The notes: generated by a model not told the origin, from the letters alone. 64,000 nt of DNA from Cloacimonetes bacterium SCGC AAA252-N17 (GCA_000404785.1 ASNI01000005.1:9914-73913); one strand, 5' to 3'; numbered from the stretch's first letter, positions 28,604 to 38,736 are shown. Program-made: numbers and translations.

Positions 28604-31087
28604 CTATTTCATTCCTACTTCGTTCATTACTTGATTTAATATTTCTCGTGTTTGGTCAACGTTGAAATAGAAAAATGGAAATCCAAATGTATAGACTGTT
28701 CCAGTTACACCAGGTTCCTTAGTATATTTAGCAGCAATAGGAGCTCCGTAATATGGATCGGGATCAGGAAAAAAGGGTCCTGGTATACTTGTGAATATTT
28801 CTTCCGCATCATCTATTATATTCAAAAAAGTTATGCTGCCAATTGCTTGCAATGGAGTGACTATCCAGTATTCCGGGAAAGGATTGATTATTGTAGAAAC
28901 GGTATTGAAAGAATCAATTTCAATATTAGCAAATGAATTAATGCCTGATACACCGCCCAGAGGAGAATTATTTACACTTGGCACGCCCCATAAAAAGTCT
29001 AGTGAGTTTAAACCAGATAATGTATCAGCAAGACCAGCATAAGTCTGTAAGAATTCTGCTCTAGCATAAGAAGGATCGCATATTCCATAGCAACCTGTAT
29101 AAAGTAAGTTTCCACCGGATCTTAAAAAATATCCTAATACATCGTAATTATTTACTAGATGAACTGCCCCATCACCAGAAGGAAATTTTTGTTTAGGATT
29201 ATTAGCATGCCATATTACTAATTTATAATTTTGAATATCTGACGGAGCAAAGTAAGGAGCTAACATTTGTATATCACCCCTAAAGACTTGGTTACCAAGT
29301 GTAGCAGCCGAAAAATTATCATCACTTAAGTCATAAATAGTATACTCGTCGAGTTCTTCCATGAATTTCACATAATAACCATCAACTGAATCTTCATGTG
29401 CAAAAACAATTTCTGCGGGTGAACAAAATGTATCATCAACCAACAATATCCCAGTTTTTTCTCCCGAATCAACAATTTCTACGAGATTGAATTCAAATAT
29501 TTCAGGAGATGGATCAACAGCGCCTTGTACATCAACAGATCTTACTTTGAAAATGTGCTCCCCTGAAGATAAACCAAAAAGTCTACAGGACTGATCCTCA
29601 TAAATTGGTATTCTTCTCCAATGTTCACCAGTAATTTCATCAGTTATTTCTGTTCCAACAGGAGGTAAAGTACCAACTCCACTATCTAATTGTATATCCA
29701 TGTATTGAATGTCACAATAATATTGTTCATATTTATTTCTATTTGCATCATAATAGTATGTTCGATTAGCTTGCGTAATGATGTTTTTCGTTTCATCATA
29801 TTGGCGTTCTCCTAAATATCTCCACTTCATATAGATTTCAATATCATTAGAATATAAGGCGTTAACATTGCCATTCATGTCTATATAAAATCTATCAGCG
29901 AAATGCTTTTTACCAGAAACAATCTTGCTTGGAATTTCATCCTTACTTGATGACATGTAAGTGAGATAGCTGTTTTCACCTAACGCATATATATGTGGTG
30001 TTATGTCTAGTCCGGAACTGCCAAACAATGTTCGGGAATAATTATTTGGCCATTCATATGTAGAACAAATAAAGGGGCATGTTTCAGGAGTGAAATAATC
30101 TCTTACAAAAAATGAAAGACTAGCTGAATCCGGATCAACAATTCCTGCTTTGTCAACAGTTTTAACTACTATCTGCGTAATTTCAAAGGTACCATCTACA
30201 AATTTTTGGTTTACTTTAAGCTCAGGTCGATCAATGCTATGATCATCATATTCTTTTTTTAATTCAAGGGAAGTAGGATCTGAAAAACCTCTTGTTGAAT
30301 ACCAATCAGTGGCGGATATCAACGTATCAATTCCAGCAAGAGGAATATCTAGAGTATCTGTTCCTAAGGTTTTATAATACTTCAAACGATATTTGAAATA
30401 TGCTGCTTCAGATCCATACCCAAATGGATCGTCATCTTTTATAACGGTAAAATCGAAATTCAATGCTGTCCCAACACGAACTGTATCCAATTTTCCTTGA
30501 GAAGTTGATATACTAGTGCTTGGTACATCTGACCAACTTACAAAATATCTTATAGCTGATTTTATGCATTCTTCGCCGTAGTTATCTTTGCATTTTACTT
30601 CAAATTTGCCGAAATTTTTCTTATAATCGGAAGTGTCTGTTGCGGTGAAATATACTGCGGTTTTGGGGAATCGTTCTTTCAATGGAGTCCATATATCATA
30701 TTCACCATTGGGCTGTAGGTGTAAAACCCATCCGGCTTCACTCACATGAACGCCATAGGATTGGTCATACAGCCAATCTTCACTTAAGCTGTCCCACGTT
30801 CCAATTCTGTAGGCAAAGGATTTCACGACACCGTCAACATCCCAAGCTCTCCAAAATATTTCTTGATAAAAAAGTGAATCGTAAGTATCAGGAATATGAT
30901 TCCCTATCCAATGGAACATAGAGTCAAGTTCGACACTGTCAGGTCGAGCAATTCCGCTATAATCCGAGATTTCAATTTCCGGTGGAAGATTAAGGATTAA
31001 TGAACCTTTTCTACCGCAGCTTAGAACCGTTAATACTGCAACTAATAATATAATTACCAAAATTAAAAGAGACCTATTCTTTAACAT
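28604..31087 (-). CDS. Large orphan lipoprotein (827 aa), hypothetical
   Basis: Signal plus lipobox LTVLSCGRK. Long uninterrupted ORF with GGAGG 7 nt upstream of ATG 31087. No family recognised. The C-terminal third (GILLVDD...KLVIWHANNP...GGNLLYTG) is vaguely reminiscent of a flavodoxin/GATase1-like fold, which is a guess. Confidence 0.6.
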   Translation of the reverse strand: MLKNRSLLILVIILLVAVLTVLSCGRKGSLILNLPPEIEISDYSGIARPDSVELDSMFHWIGNHIPDTYDSLFYQEIFWRAWDVDGVVKSFAYRIGTWDSLSEDWLYDQSYGVHVSEAGWVLHLQPNGEYDIWTPLKERFPKTAVYFTATDTSDYKKNFGKFEVKCKDNYGEECIKSAIRYFVSWSDVPSTSISTSQGKLDTVRVGTALNFDFTVIKDDDPFGYGSEAAYFKYRLKYYKTLGTDTLDIPLAGIDTLISATDWYSTRGFSDPTSLELKKEYDDHSIDRPELKVNQKFVDGTFEITQIVVKTVDKAGIVDPDSASLSFFVRDYFTPETCPFICSTYEWPNNYSRTLFGSSGLDITPHIYALGENSYLTYMSSSKDEIPSKIVSGKKHFADRFYIDMNGNVNALYSNDIEIYMKWRYLGERQYDETKNIITQANRTYYYDANRNKYEQYYCDIQYMDIQLDSGVGTLPPVGTEITDEITGEHWRRIPIYEDQSCRLFGLSSGEHIFKVRSVDVQGAVDPSPEIFEFNLVEIVDSGEKTGILLVDDTFCSPAEIVFAHEDSVDGYYVKFMEELDEYTIYDLSDDNFSAATLGNQVFRGDIQMLAPYFAPSDIQNYKLVIWHANNPKQKFPSGDGAVHLVNNYDVLGYFLRSGGNLLYTGCYGICDPSYARAEFLQTYAGLADTLSGLNSLDFLWGVPSVNNSPLGGVSGINSFANIEIDSFNTVSTIINPFPEYWIVTPLQAIGSITFLNIIDDAEEIFTSIPGPFFPDPDPYYGAPIAAKYTKEPGVTGTVYTFGFPFFYFNVDQTREILNQVMNEVGMK

Positions 31088-31190
31088 TTATAAACCTCCG
31101 ATCTTTGGACAAAGATTTTTTGTTAACATTTATAAGTCAATAAAAAAATTCATTTTTGAAATATTTTTCATAAATTTACACTTTTCAACA

Positions 31191-32057
31191 TTAAACATTG
31201 CCGGCTTCAACTACATTTTTTAGTAGTGAAGCTGTAGTGATCGTACCTATACCTCCAGGCACAGGAGTGACCGCTTGAATCGTTGAGAATACGTCCTGAT
31301 AAAATACATCACCAACAAAAATATTTGTTTTTGCATCACTATCATAGATCTCATTAATACCGACATCAATAACGATGGATTTACTTGAAATATATGTATG
31401 ATCAACAAATCTTGGCTTTCCAATAGCTACGATAAGAATATCCGCTTCTTTCGATATTTCCTGAATATTTTTTGATCGGGAGTGACACAAAGTCACTGTG
31501 GCATTTGCACCGTCTTTTTTCTGAACCAGAAGATTGAACAGGGGAAGTCCTACAATTGAGCTTCTCCCAATAATAACAACCCGTGCTCCCTCCGTAGGAA
31601 TTTTATAATAATGGAGCAACTCCAAAACAGCAGAAGGCGTACAAGGCACAAAGCATTTCTGTCCTAAGATCAGTTTGCCGGCATTCATGGGATGAAGACC
31701 ATCGATATCCTTGCGGGAATCGATATGAAGAACAATCTCGTTTTGGTCATATTGCTCCGGCAGGGGCAGTTGCAACATGATACCATGAATCTTAGGATTT
31801 GTATTCGCTTTCTGGATACCATCAATGAGTTCTTCCTGAGGAATAAGGTCTTCATAAGTAATCACATCGACAAGCACTCCAATTTTCTGAGCTCTTCTCT
31901 GAATATTCTGAACATAATATTCTGATGCAGGGTCGCTTCCTACCTTGAAGACACAGAGTCGTGGAATTATTCCTTTATCATATAGGATAGCTACTTTTTC
32001 ATTAAGTTCCTGATAAATCGCTTTTGCCACCGGCTTTCCGTTTAAAATTCTTTCCAT
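31191..32057 (-). CDS. folD: Bifunctional methylenetetrahydrofolate dehydrogenase/cyclohydrolase
   Basis: ...GVLVDVI...IHGIMLQLPLP...DIDGLHP.N.GKL...CTP.AVLELL...G..VVIIGRS.IVG.P...LL...ATVT.CHSRS...PVPGGIGTIT is the canonical FolD pattern. Confidence 0.9.
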   Translation of the reverse strand: MERILNGKPVAKAIYQELNEKVAILYDKGIIPRLCVFKVGSDPASEYYVQNIQRRAQKIGVLVDVITYEDLIPQEELIDGIQKANTNPKIHGIMLQLPLPEQYDQNEIVLHIDSRKDIDGLHPMNAGKLILGQKCFVPCTPSAVLELLHYYKIPTEGARVVIIGRSSIVGLPLFNLLVQKKDGANATVTLCHSRSKNIQEISKEADILIVAIGKPRFVDHTYISSKSIVIDVGINEIYDSDAKTNIFVGDVFYQDVFSTIQAVTPVPGGIGTITTASLLKNVVEAGNV

Positions 32058-32066
32058 AAATTTTCT

Positions 32067-32852
32067 CTATTCAGGTATACAGCTTCTCCTGATTCGCTGA
32101 ATATCGAAAGCAGAGCCCTTTTCGTCAACCGAAATTATCACTCCATTGAGCATTAAATTTTCCTTTGCCGGATTGAATCGGTTTGGAATTTGAGTGAGAA
32201 ATCTTTCAATCCCGTCTTTTCTTCGAAGTCCTATCACAGAATCATGAGGTCCTGTCATACCTGCATCAGTGATATATGCCGTGCCTTTTGGCAGGATTCT
32301 CTCGTCAGCGGTTTGCACATGAGTATGAGATCCTATTAATGCTGAAATTCTACCATCAAGATACCACGCCATTGCCTGCTTTTCTGCAGTGGCTTCAGCA
32401 TGAAAGTCAACTAAAACGATCGGTTGTTCGGCTAAAAGTTTTTCCAGGTAAGCATCCATTGTTCGGAAAGGGCAGTCAACCGTTACTGTAAAAACCCTTC
32501 CCATCAAGCAGAGCACTACTATCTTTTTTCCGTGAATTTCAATTTCGTAGATATCGTTACCCGGAACAACAGGTGGATAATTTATGGGCTTCAATATGCG
32601 TTTTTCCTTTGCAAGATGTACAATTATTTCTTTCTTATCCCACAGGTGATTCCCGGAAGTGAGCACATCGACGCCAAGCTCGAACATTTCGTTTGCTGTG
32701 TCGGGAGTCATTCCAAGCCCGCCTGCAAGATTTTCGCCATTTGCGATAACAAGTTCAGGGGCAAACTCTTCTTTCAAATCCGGGAGCAGTTCCCTTACCG
32801 TTCTCCTGCCGGGTTTGCCAAAAATATCACCAATATAAAGTATTCGGATCAT
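32067..32852 (-). CDS. ymdB: YmdB-like metallophosphoesterase (TIGR00282 family)
   Basis: MIRILYIGDIFGKPGR...VIANGENLAGG.GMT...LTSGNHLWDKKE...DFHAEATAEKQAMAWYLDGRISALIGSHTHVQTADERILP.GTAYITDAGMTGP. Adjacent to rny, as in Bacillus. Confidence 0.85.
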   Translation of the reverse strand: MIRILYIGDIFGKPGRRTVRELLPDLKEEFAPELVIANGENLAGGLGMTPDTANEMFELGVDVLTSGNHLWDKKEIIVHLAKEKRILKPINYPPVVPGNDIYEIEIHGKKIVVLCLMGRVFTVTVDCPFRTMDAYLEKLLAEQPIVLVDFHAEATAEKQAMAWYLDGRISALIGSHTHVQTADERILPKGTAYITDAGMTGPHDSVIGLRRKDGIERFLTQIPNRFNPAKENLMLNGVIISVDEKGSAFDIQRIRRSCIPE

Positions 32853-34405
32853 TATTTTGCCAGCACTGTTTTGCGTATCTCCCTAATAACAGTTACTTTT
32901 ATCTGTCCGGGATACTGTAATTCATTTTCAATCTTTTTCGCTACGTCAGATGCAAGCAATTCTGCCTGCGCATCGTCAATAGTGTTATGCTCCACTATAA
33001 TGCGTATCTCTCTACCTGCTTGTATTGCGAAACATTTATGAACACCTTCAAATGAGTAGGCAATTTCTTCCAATTTTTCCAGTCGCTTGAGATATGATTC
33101 GAGTGTTTCTCTTCTTGCACCAGGTCGTGCACCTGAGATGGCATCAGCAACTTGAACAAGTATTGCATAAACTGATTCCGGTTCTACTTCTTCGTGATGT
33201 GCTTCAATGGCATTGACGATAATAGGCGGCAGCCCACTTCTTCTTGCAAGATCAGCTCCGATCATAGCATGAGAGCCATCAATTTCATGGTCAACTGCTT
33301 TTCCAATATCGTGTAGAAGTCCCATCTTGCGTGCAAGAGGTTGATCCAACCCTAGTTCAGCCGCAAGCATACCGCAGATCCATGCGCTTTCAATGCTGTG
33401 CTTGAGTATATTCTGTCCATAACTTGTACGATATTTTAGACGTCCAATAATATTTCTCAGGTTGTCCGGAAGATCATGAATTGCAAGGTCAATGAGTGTT
33501 TTCTTACCAGTTTCCTCAATGATCTTATTCACTTCTTTTTCTGTTTTTGCAATGATATCTTCAATCCTACCTGGGTGAATTCTTCCATCGGAAATAAGCT
33601 TCTCTAGGGAACGTTTTGCGATCTCTCTTCTCACCGGATCAAAGCTTGAGACTATGACCGCTTCCGGGGTATCATCAACAATGATCTCTACCCCTGAGCT
33701 GTTTTCAAAGGTGCGAATATTACGACCTTCTCGCCCAATAATCCTGCCCTTCATTTCTTCGGATGGCAGGTCAACTACAGAGACTGTTGACTCTGTCACA
33801 TAATCAACAGCGGTTCTTTGTATTGCATTTGCAATGATCTTTAATGACTCCTCCTCAGCTTCAGATATTGCTTTATCCACTATTGATTTTCTGAGCTTTG
33901 CTGCATCGATACGAGCTTCATTTTCATATCTTTTAAGAAGCATTTCAATTGCCTGTTCCTTTTTTAGATTGGCAATCTCCATCAGTTTTCTTGCTTCCTG
34001 CTCAAGCATATTTTTCAATTTAACTTCATCATCATCCAGTTTTACCTGTTTATTTTGAAGATGTCGCTCGCGGTCGGAAATGGATTGTTCTCTTCTGTCT
34101 AACTTGCTAAGCCGCTCATCGATATTGCTTATTCTCTGATTGTAATTACCCTCGATTTTTCGGAGTTCCTTTTTCCTCTCCTCTATCTCCTTTTCTAAAT
34201 TAGCTTTTCTTTTATACCAATCCTCTTTTGCTTCAATTTCAGCTTCTTTTTTGATTACTTTTGATTCAAGTCTCGCCTCTTCTTTAATCTTTTTTGATTC
34301 GGCATGTGCTTGTTTGATCTTTTTGGTTGTAAGCAATCTGAAAGACAGCCAGCCAACGAACACCCCTACCACTACGCCAACTATTGGTAACAGTATATCG
34401 ATCAT
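32852..34405 (-). CDS. rny: Ribonuclease Y
   Basis: N-terminal TM helix, a long coiled coil, a KH domain (MKGRIIGREGRNIRTFE) and an HD domain (LLHDIGKAVDHE...HAMIGADLARR...AIEAHH). Confidence 0.9.
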   Translation of the reverse strand: MIDILLPIVGVVVGVFVGWLSFRLLTTKKIKQAHAESKKIKEEARLESKVIKKEAEIEAKEDWYKRKANLEKEIEERKKELRKIEGNYNQRISNIDERLSKLDRREQSISDRERHLQNKQVKLDDDEVKLKNMLEQEARKLMEIANLKKEQAIEMLLKRYENEARIDAAKLRKSIVDKAISEAEEESLKIIANAIQRTAVDYVTESTVSVVDLPSEEMKGRIIGREGRNIRTFENSSGVEIIVDDTPEAVIVSSFDPVRREIAKRSLEKLISDGRIHPGRIEDIIAKTEKEVNKIIEETGKKTLIDLAIHDLPDNLRNIIGRLKYRTSYGQNILKHSIESAWICGMLAAELGLDQPLARKMGLLHDIGKAVDHEIDGSHAMIGADLARRSGLPPIIVNAIEAHHEEVEPESVYAILVQVADAISGARPGARRETLESYLKRLEKLEEIAYSFEGVHKCFAIQAGREIRIIVEHNTIDDAQAELLASDVAKKIENELQYPGQIKVTVIREIRKTVLAK

Positions 34406-34427
34406 CTTTCTTCCTTTCCATAATGAA

Positions 34428-34598
34428 ACCTGCCCTTGCCGTGTAGCAATTCGTTTGAACTATTTTTCAAAAAGATGGGGATTCTATATGTACTTTACGA
34501 GTCCTACTGCGATGTAGGCATTCATGCCATACACAATTGAACACCCTATAGTTCCTGTTTAGCACAAAACAAGATTGCCATCACGAACAGGGCAGGCT
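34428..34598 (-). ncRNA. ssrS: Candidate 6S RNA
   Basis: A 237-nt non-coding gap lies directly downstream of zapA, the position ssrS occupies in E. coli. The ends form a long imperfect closing helix (minus-strand 5' GCCUGCCCUGUUCGUGAUGGCAAUCUUGUUUUG pairs with 3' CAAACGAAUUGCUACACGGCAAGGGCAGGU). There is an unpaired central region and an apical hairpin (GUGUAUGGCA-UGAA-UGCCUACAU). Size is about 170 nt. Boundaries are approximate. Confidence 0.5.
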
Positions 34599-34642
34599 TA
34601 CTGGAAAGAACAATAATTTATATCAACACGTATAGAACAAAA

Positions 34643-34912
34643 TCACTCTTCGTCCAAGGAATTCAATAACTTTGAAATCCTTTGCACAAAACTTTCTAAT
34701 TTCTCTTGTTCCTTCTGTTTTCTGAACATTTCTTCGACTATGTTGAGACCACACAAAATTGCAAGGTCATATCTTTTTTGGGGATTATACTCCTCTGACA
34801 GCTCGACTAGCTTTTTATCTAAAAAATGAGCATATTTTCGGATCTCGTCAGGATCTACATCACCTGCGATTGAATAGGTATCACCCAAAATGTCGACAGA
34901 AATATTATTCAT
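34643..34912 (-). CDS. zapA: Cell division protein ZapA
   Basis: 89 aa. VDILGDTYSIAGDVDPDEIRKYAHFLDKKL...AILCGLNIVEE fits the ZapA pattern. Confidence 0.7.
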   Translation of the reverse strand: MNNISVDILGDTYSIAGDVDPDEIRKYAHFLDKKLVELSEEYNPQKRYDLAILCGLNIVEEMFRKQKEQEKLESFVQRISKLLNSLDEE

Positions 34913-34923
34913 ATATTTAAAAT

Positions 34924-35289
34924 TTAATCATTGCTTCCAGCAGGCTGTGTCTCCGATTCTCCAATAATACTATCAATTTCATGGAGCATCGAACCCACTC
35001 TCGAATCAATTTCATTCGCCTGTTCTGTAAATTTTCTTATTCGCTCTTCTTTTTGAGCTAATGTGTTCTGCAAATCTTGGTTCTGCTCTTTGTAGCGATC
35101 CACAGCGTTCTGGAGTTCGCTTATGGTTTCCTGCGAATTCTCCGTATTATAGAACAGATCTTTATATTTATTATTGAGATTTTCATTTTCCTTCAAAACC
35201 TGAATGTATTTATCTTGTAAAATTTTATACTTCGAAATTAGATTCCTAATTTTCTCTTCGATCTTATCAAGCACATGCGTATCCATCAC
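34924..35289 (-). CDS. ZapB-like coiled-coil protein
   Basis: 121 aa, all heptad-like coiled coil. The N-terminus LDKIEEKIRNLISKYKILQDKYIQVLKENENL resembles ZapB. The start overlaps the pheT stop (ATGA). Confidence 0.45.
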   Translation of the reverse strand: MMDTHVLDKIEEKIRNLISKYKILQDKYIQVLKENENLNNKYKDLFYNTENSQETISELQNAVDRYKEQNQDLQNTLAQKEERIRKFTEQANEIDSRVGSMLHEIDSIIGESETQPAGSND

Positions 35290-37688
35290 TTCTGCCTCAA
35301 TTCTATTTGACGCTCACTTAATAATTTTTTTACAATGTTGTCAAATAATTTATCCACATATCTATCCGTTAGGGTTGAAATCTCCGACTGAAAAGTAATG
35401 TTGAAAGCCAGACTTCTGCATCCCTGCTTTATCTGCTTGCCTGTATATACATCGAACAACTGTATGTCTTTTATAATGTTTGGCTCGACAGATTTTATTA
35501 CTTGCTCGATCATTCCAACTTCGATATCAGAAGGGGCAATAACTGCAATATCACGAAGCACTGGAGGATATTTCACGATCTCCCTGAAACGGATATCTTT
35601 TTCATTATATAATGGGATAATGTTTGAAAGATCAATATCGAAAAGTAATACAGGTGCCTCAATTTCAAAAGATTTCAAAACATCATCTTTCACAATACCA
35701 CAAGATCCAATTTTCTTTTCATCAAGAAAGATATCTGTCGCAGAATCCTTTTCATAATATGGTTGATTTGATACTTTGTAGGTGATATTCTTTGAGCAGT
35801 GTATTTTTGATAAAACTGATTCTACAACGCCCTTTACATCATAAAATGACGCAGCTCTTTGCTTCTCTTTCCAATGGAATGGATCGAACTCTCCAACGAT
35901 AACACCAGTCAAGTAGGTGGGTTCAGCAAAAGTTTCTCTATTCTTTTTTAGATAAATTCTATTGAGTTCAAACAGTTTGAAATTCTCGAATTTATAAGAG
36001 AGATTCAAAGCTACATTTTTAAGAATATCAGGAATAAGGGTTGATCTCATTATTGAAAACTTCTCACCCATTGGATTGGTAAGCTCTACGACATTTCGGC
36101 GAAAATCATTCTCTGGAATTTTCAGCGTATCAAGATCTTCAGGACTTGCAAAGCTCATATTGTTCACCTCATAGAAACCAAGTGAGATAAGATGATTTTT
36201 CGCAAGCCGGACAACCGTTCTTTTCCGCCTGTTGTCTATCCTGTTGATCCAGAAATGGGATTCTACATTATTATATCCATAGCATCGGGCGACTTCTTCA
36301 ATAATATCTATCTCACGCTCTATGTCAGGACGGAAGGTTGGGATCATTACTTTATAGGTATCTTCCGATGTCTTTTTGGTACCGAATTCAAAATTATTAA
36401 GATAATTTTCAACTTCATCTGCTGATATTTTTGCATTAAGGATACTATTTGTGCGTGATACACGAAGTGGTAAAATCTTTGGCTCTATCTTATTAGGATA
36501 GCAATCAACAACTCCGCTTGATATTTCTCCCCCGCCTGTAAGCTGCATAAGCTGGGCAGCCCTGTCAATGACTTCGATCAAACAGTTGGGATCCATACCT
36601 CTTTCAAAACGGTAAGAGGAATCTGTCTGCAATCCGTATTCAAGGGCGGTTGCTCGAATATTTTTGGGATCGAAATATGCACACTCAATCACAACATCTT
36701 TTGTATTAACATCTATTGAACTATCAAGTCCACCCATAATTCCGGCAAGTGCAAGTGGATGCTCTGTATCGGCGATAAGCAAATTTTCTGAATGCAGTTT
36801 GAGCTCAGTATCATCGAGAAGCATCATTTTTTCTTTATCTTTTGCAGTTCGCACAACGATAGTCTTATCTTTGATCTTTGTATAATCAAAAGCATGGAGG
36901 GGTTGACCATATTCGAGAAGCACATAATTTGTGACATCTACGATATTATTGATGGGACGAAGACCTGATGCGATCAATTTTCTTTGCATCCATGCAGGGG
37001 ATGGCTGAACCGTAATTCCCTTTACCATTCGTGCACAATAACGAGGGCATTTCTCCGCATCTTCTATAATAACTAAAATCTCATCCTTAGTTTTTACTTC
37101 AGATTCTTCAAAAGCAATTTCCGGATGTTCATATTCAGTATTGAGCATGACTGCGACTTCACGTGCCACACCTATCATACCAAGAAGGTCAGGTCTGTTC
37201 GGTGTTACCTCAACTTCAATAATATGATCATTTATTCCCATTGCATCAGCAAAAGGAGTGCCGGGCTCAATGTCCTGCTTTATGATCATGATACAGGAAT
37301 GGTCATCCGAAACACTCAATTCATTCTCCGAACATATCATACCAAAGGATTCTACGCCGCGAAGTTTTGCCTTCTTTATTTCGAAGTCACCAAGCTTTGC
37401 GCCGATCATCGCTACTGGAACGAGAATATCTTTCACTACATTGGGAGCGCCGCAGATAATGCTCAGCGGTTCACTCTTACCAACATCAACCTTGCACAAA
37501 CTCAGTTTGTTAGCATTGGGATGTTTTTCTACAGAAACAACTTTACCGATAACAATATTTTTAAGTTTTTTCCCGGGCTGAACAACCTCTTCTACTTCAA
37601 GACCGAACATGGTGAGCTTTTCACAAAACTCATCAATATTTAAGTGTGTCGGAACTAATTTATTCAGCCAATTATAACTTATTTTCAT
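35286..37688 (-). CDS. pheT: Phenylalanyl-tRNA synthetase beta subunit
   Basis: 800 aa. MKISYNWLNKLVP..., tRNA-binding domain (GKVVSVEKHPNANKLSLCKVDVG), B3/4 and B5 domains, and a FDX-ACB C-terminus. Confidence 0.9.
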   Translation of the reverse strand: MKISYNWLNKLVPTHLNIDEFCEKLTMFGLEVEEVVQPGKKLKNIVIGKVVSVEKHPNANKLSLCKVDVGKSEPLSIICGAPNVVKDILVPVAMIGAKLGDFEIKKAKLRGVESFGMICSENELSVSDDHSCIMIIKQDIEPGTPFADAMGINDHIIEVEVTPNRPDLLGMIGVAREVAVMLNTEYEHPEIAFEESEVKTKDEILVIIEDAEKCPRYCARMVKGITVQPSPAWMQRKLIASGLRPINNIVDVTNYVLLEYGQPLHAFDYTKIKDKTIVVRTAKDKEKMMLLDDTELKLHSENLLIADTEHPLALAGIMGGLDSSIDVNTKDVVIECAYFDPKNIRATALEYGLQTDSSYRFERGMDPNCLIEVIDRAAQLMQLTGGGEISSGVVDCYPNKIEPKILPLRVSRTNSILNAKISADEVENYLNNFEFGTKKTSEDTYKVMIPTFRPDIEREIDIIEEVARCYGYNNVESHFWINRIDNRRKRTVVRLAKNHLISLGFYEVNNMSFASPEDLDTLKIPENDFRRNVVELTNPMGEKFSIMRSTLIPDILKNVALNLSYKFENFKLFELNRIYLKKNRETFAEPTYLTGVIVGEFDPFHWKEKQRAASFYDVKGVVESVLSKIHCSKNITYKVSNQPYYEKDSATDIFLDEKKIGSCGIVKDDVLKSFEIEAPVLLFDIDLSNIIPLYNEKDIRFREIVKYPPVLRDIAVIAPSDIEVGMIEQVIKSVEPNIIKDIQLFDVYTGKQIKQGCRSLAFNITFQSEISTLTDRYVDKLFDNIVKKLLSERQIELRQK

Positions 37689-37713
37689 TATACTCTCTTA
37701 AGTAAAAATGCAC

Positions 37714-38730
37714 TTATTGAAATTGCTTTAATATTCTCAGATCGTTGGTCACTAATTTCCTGATATCTGAGATACCATATCGAAGCATAGCGATACGTTC
37801 AATTCCTAAACCAAATGCATATCCGGTATATTTTTCAGAATCGTAGCCCACTTCCTCGAGAACTGCCGGATCGACCATACCTGCACCACCCATTTCGAGC
37901 CAGCCGGAATTTTTGCAGAGCTTACAACCTTCCCCTTTGCAATTTATACAAAGAATATCGATCTCTGCACTTGGTTCTGTGAATGGAAAAAAGTGAGGAC
38001 GAAATCGGGAGCGTGTATCTGCACTAAAAATTCTCTTAACAAATGAATCGAGCGCTCCTTTCAGATCCGACATTGTGACACCCTCATCTACCATAAGTGC
38101 TTCAACTTGATGGAACACCGGCAAATGTGAAGTATCCATTTTATCAACGCGGTAACATCGTCCAGTAGATATGATCTTTAAAGGAGGTTTGAATTTTTCC
38201 ATTACACGAATTTGCATTGGTGATGTCTGCGTACGCAAAAGCATACCACCTTTCAGATAGAACGTATCCTGAGGATTTCTTGCAGGATGCCAACTCGGAG
38301 TGTTCAGTGCATCGAAATTATAATACTCGCTTTCAATCTCAGGTCCTTCTGCAACTTCAAATCCCAAACTGATAAAGATATCTTCAATCTCTTCCCAAAT
38401 CTGATACAAAGGATGCTTTGCACCAATTGGGAGCGGTCTTCCGGGCATTGTGACATCTAAGCCCAAAGTTTTTAAGGCATCTGCCTTTTCATGAAGTTCA
38501 AGTTTCTTCTGTTCGATTAGTTGAGCTATTTCTTTCTTTACTATATTGAGAAATGCTCCCACCTGCGGACGTTTTTCTTTAGGAATAGTCCCGATCTTAC
38601 TTAGAAGACCTGAAAGAGAACTTTTTTTACCAAGATATTTAATTCGAAGCTCTTCCAGATTCTTATCTGATTCACAAGAAGGGATACTTCTTCTCGCTTC
38701 TTCTAAAATCTCTTGTATTTGTTCTTTCAC
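37714..38730 (-). CDS. pheS: Phenylalanyl-tRNA synthetase alpha subunit
   Basis: 338 aa. HPL...FYL....LLRTQTSP.QIR...PP.KIIS.GR.YR.D..D.SH...FHQVE...FRP.FFPFTEPSAE, the class II motifs. Confidence 0.9.
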   Translation of the reverse strand: MKEQIQEILEEARRSIPSCESDKNLEELRIKYLGKKSSLSGLLSKIGTIPKEKRPQVGAFLNIVKKEIAQLIEQKKLELHEKADALKTLGLDVTMPGRPLPIGAKHPLYQIWEEIEDIFISLGFEVAEGPEIESEYYNFDALNTPSWHPARNPQDTFYLKGGMLLRTQTSPMQIRVMEKFKPPLKIISTGRCYRVDKMDTSHLPVFHQVEALMVDEGVTMSDLKGALDSFVKRIFSADTRSRFRPHFFPFTEPSAEIDILCINCKGEGCKLCKNSGWLEMGGAGMVDPAVLEEVGYDSEKYTGYAFGLGIERIAMLRYGISDIRKLVTNDLRILKQFQ

Positions 38731-38736
38731 GATAGC

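Noticed and set aside
28604-31087. The 827-aa lipoprotein as part of a mobile element or horizontally acquired island
   Set aside because: No integrase, transposase, tRNA target or flanking direct repeats are visible. Its slightly AT-richer look was judged by eye only, so I report it as an orphan gene rather than an island.
32532-33041. 169-aa + strand ORF
   Set aside because: It is antisense to the ymdB/rny junction, and both of those genes have strong family motifs.
37125-37643. 172-aa and 107-aa + strand ORFs
   Set aside because: They are antisense to pheT, so they are shadow ORFs.
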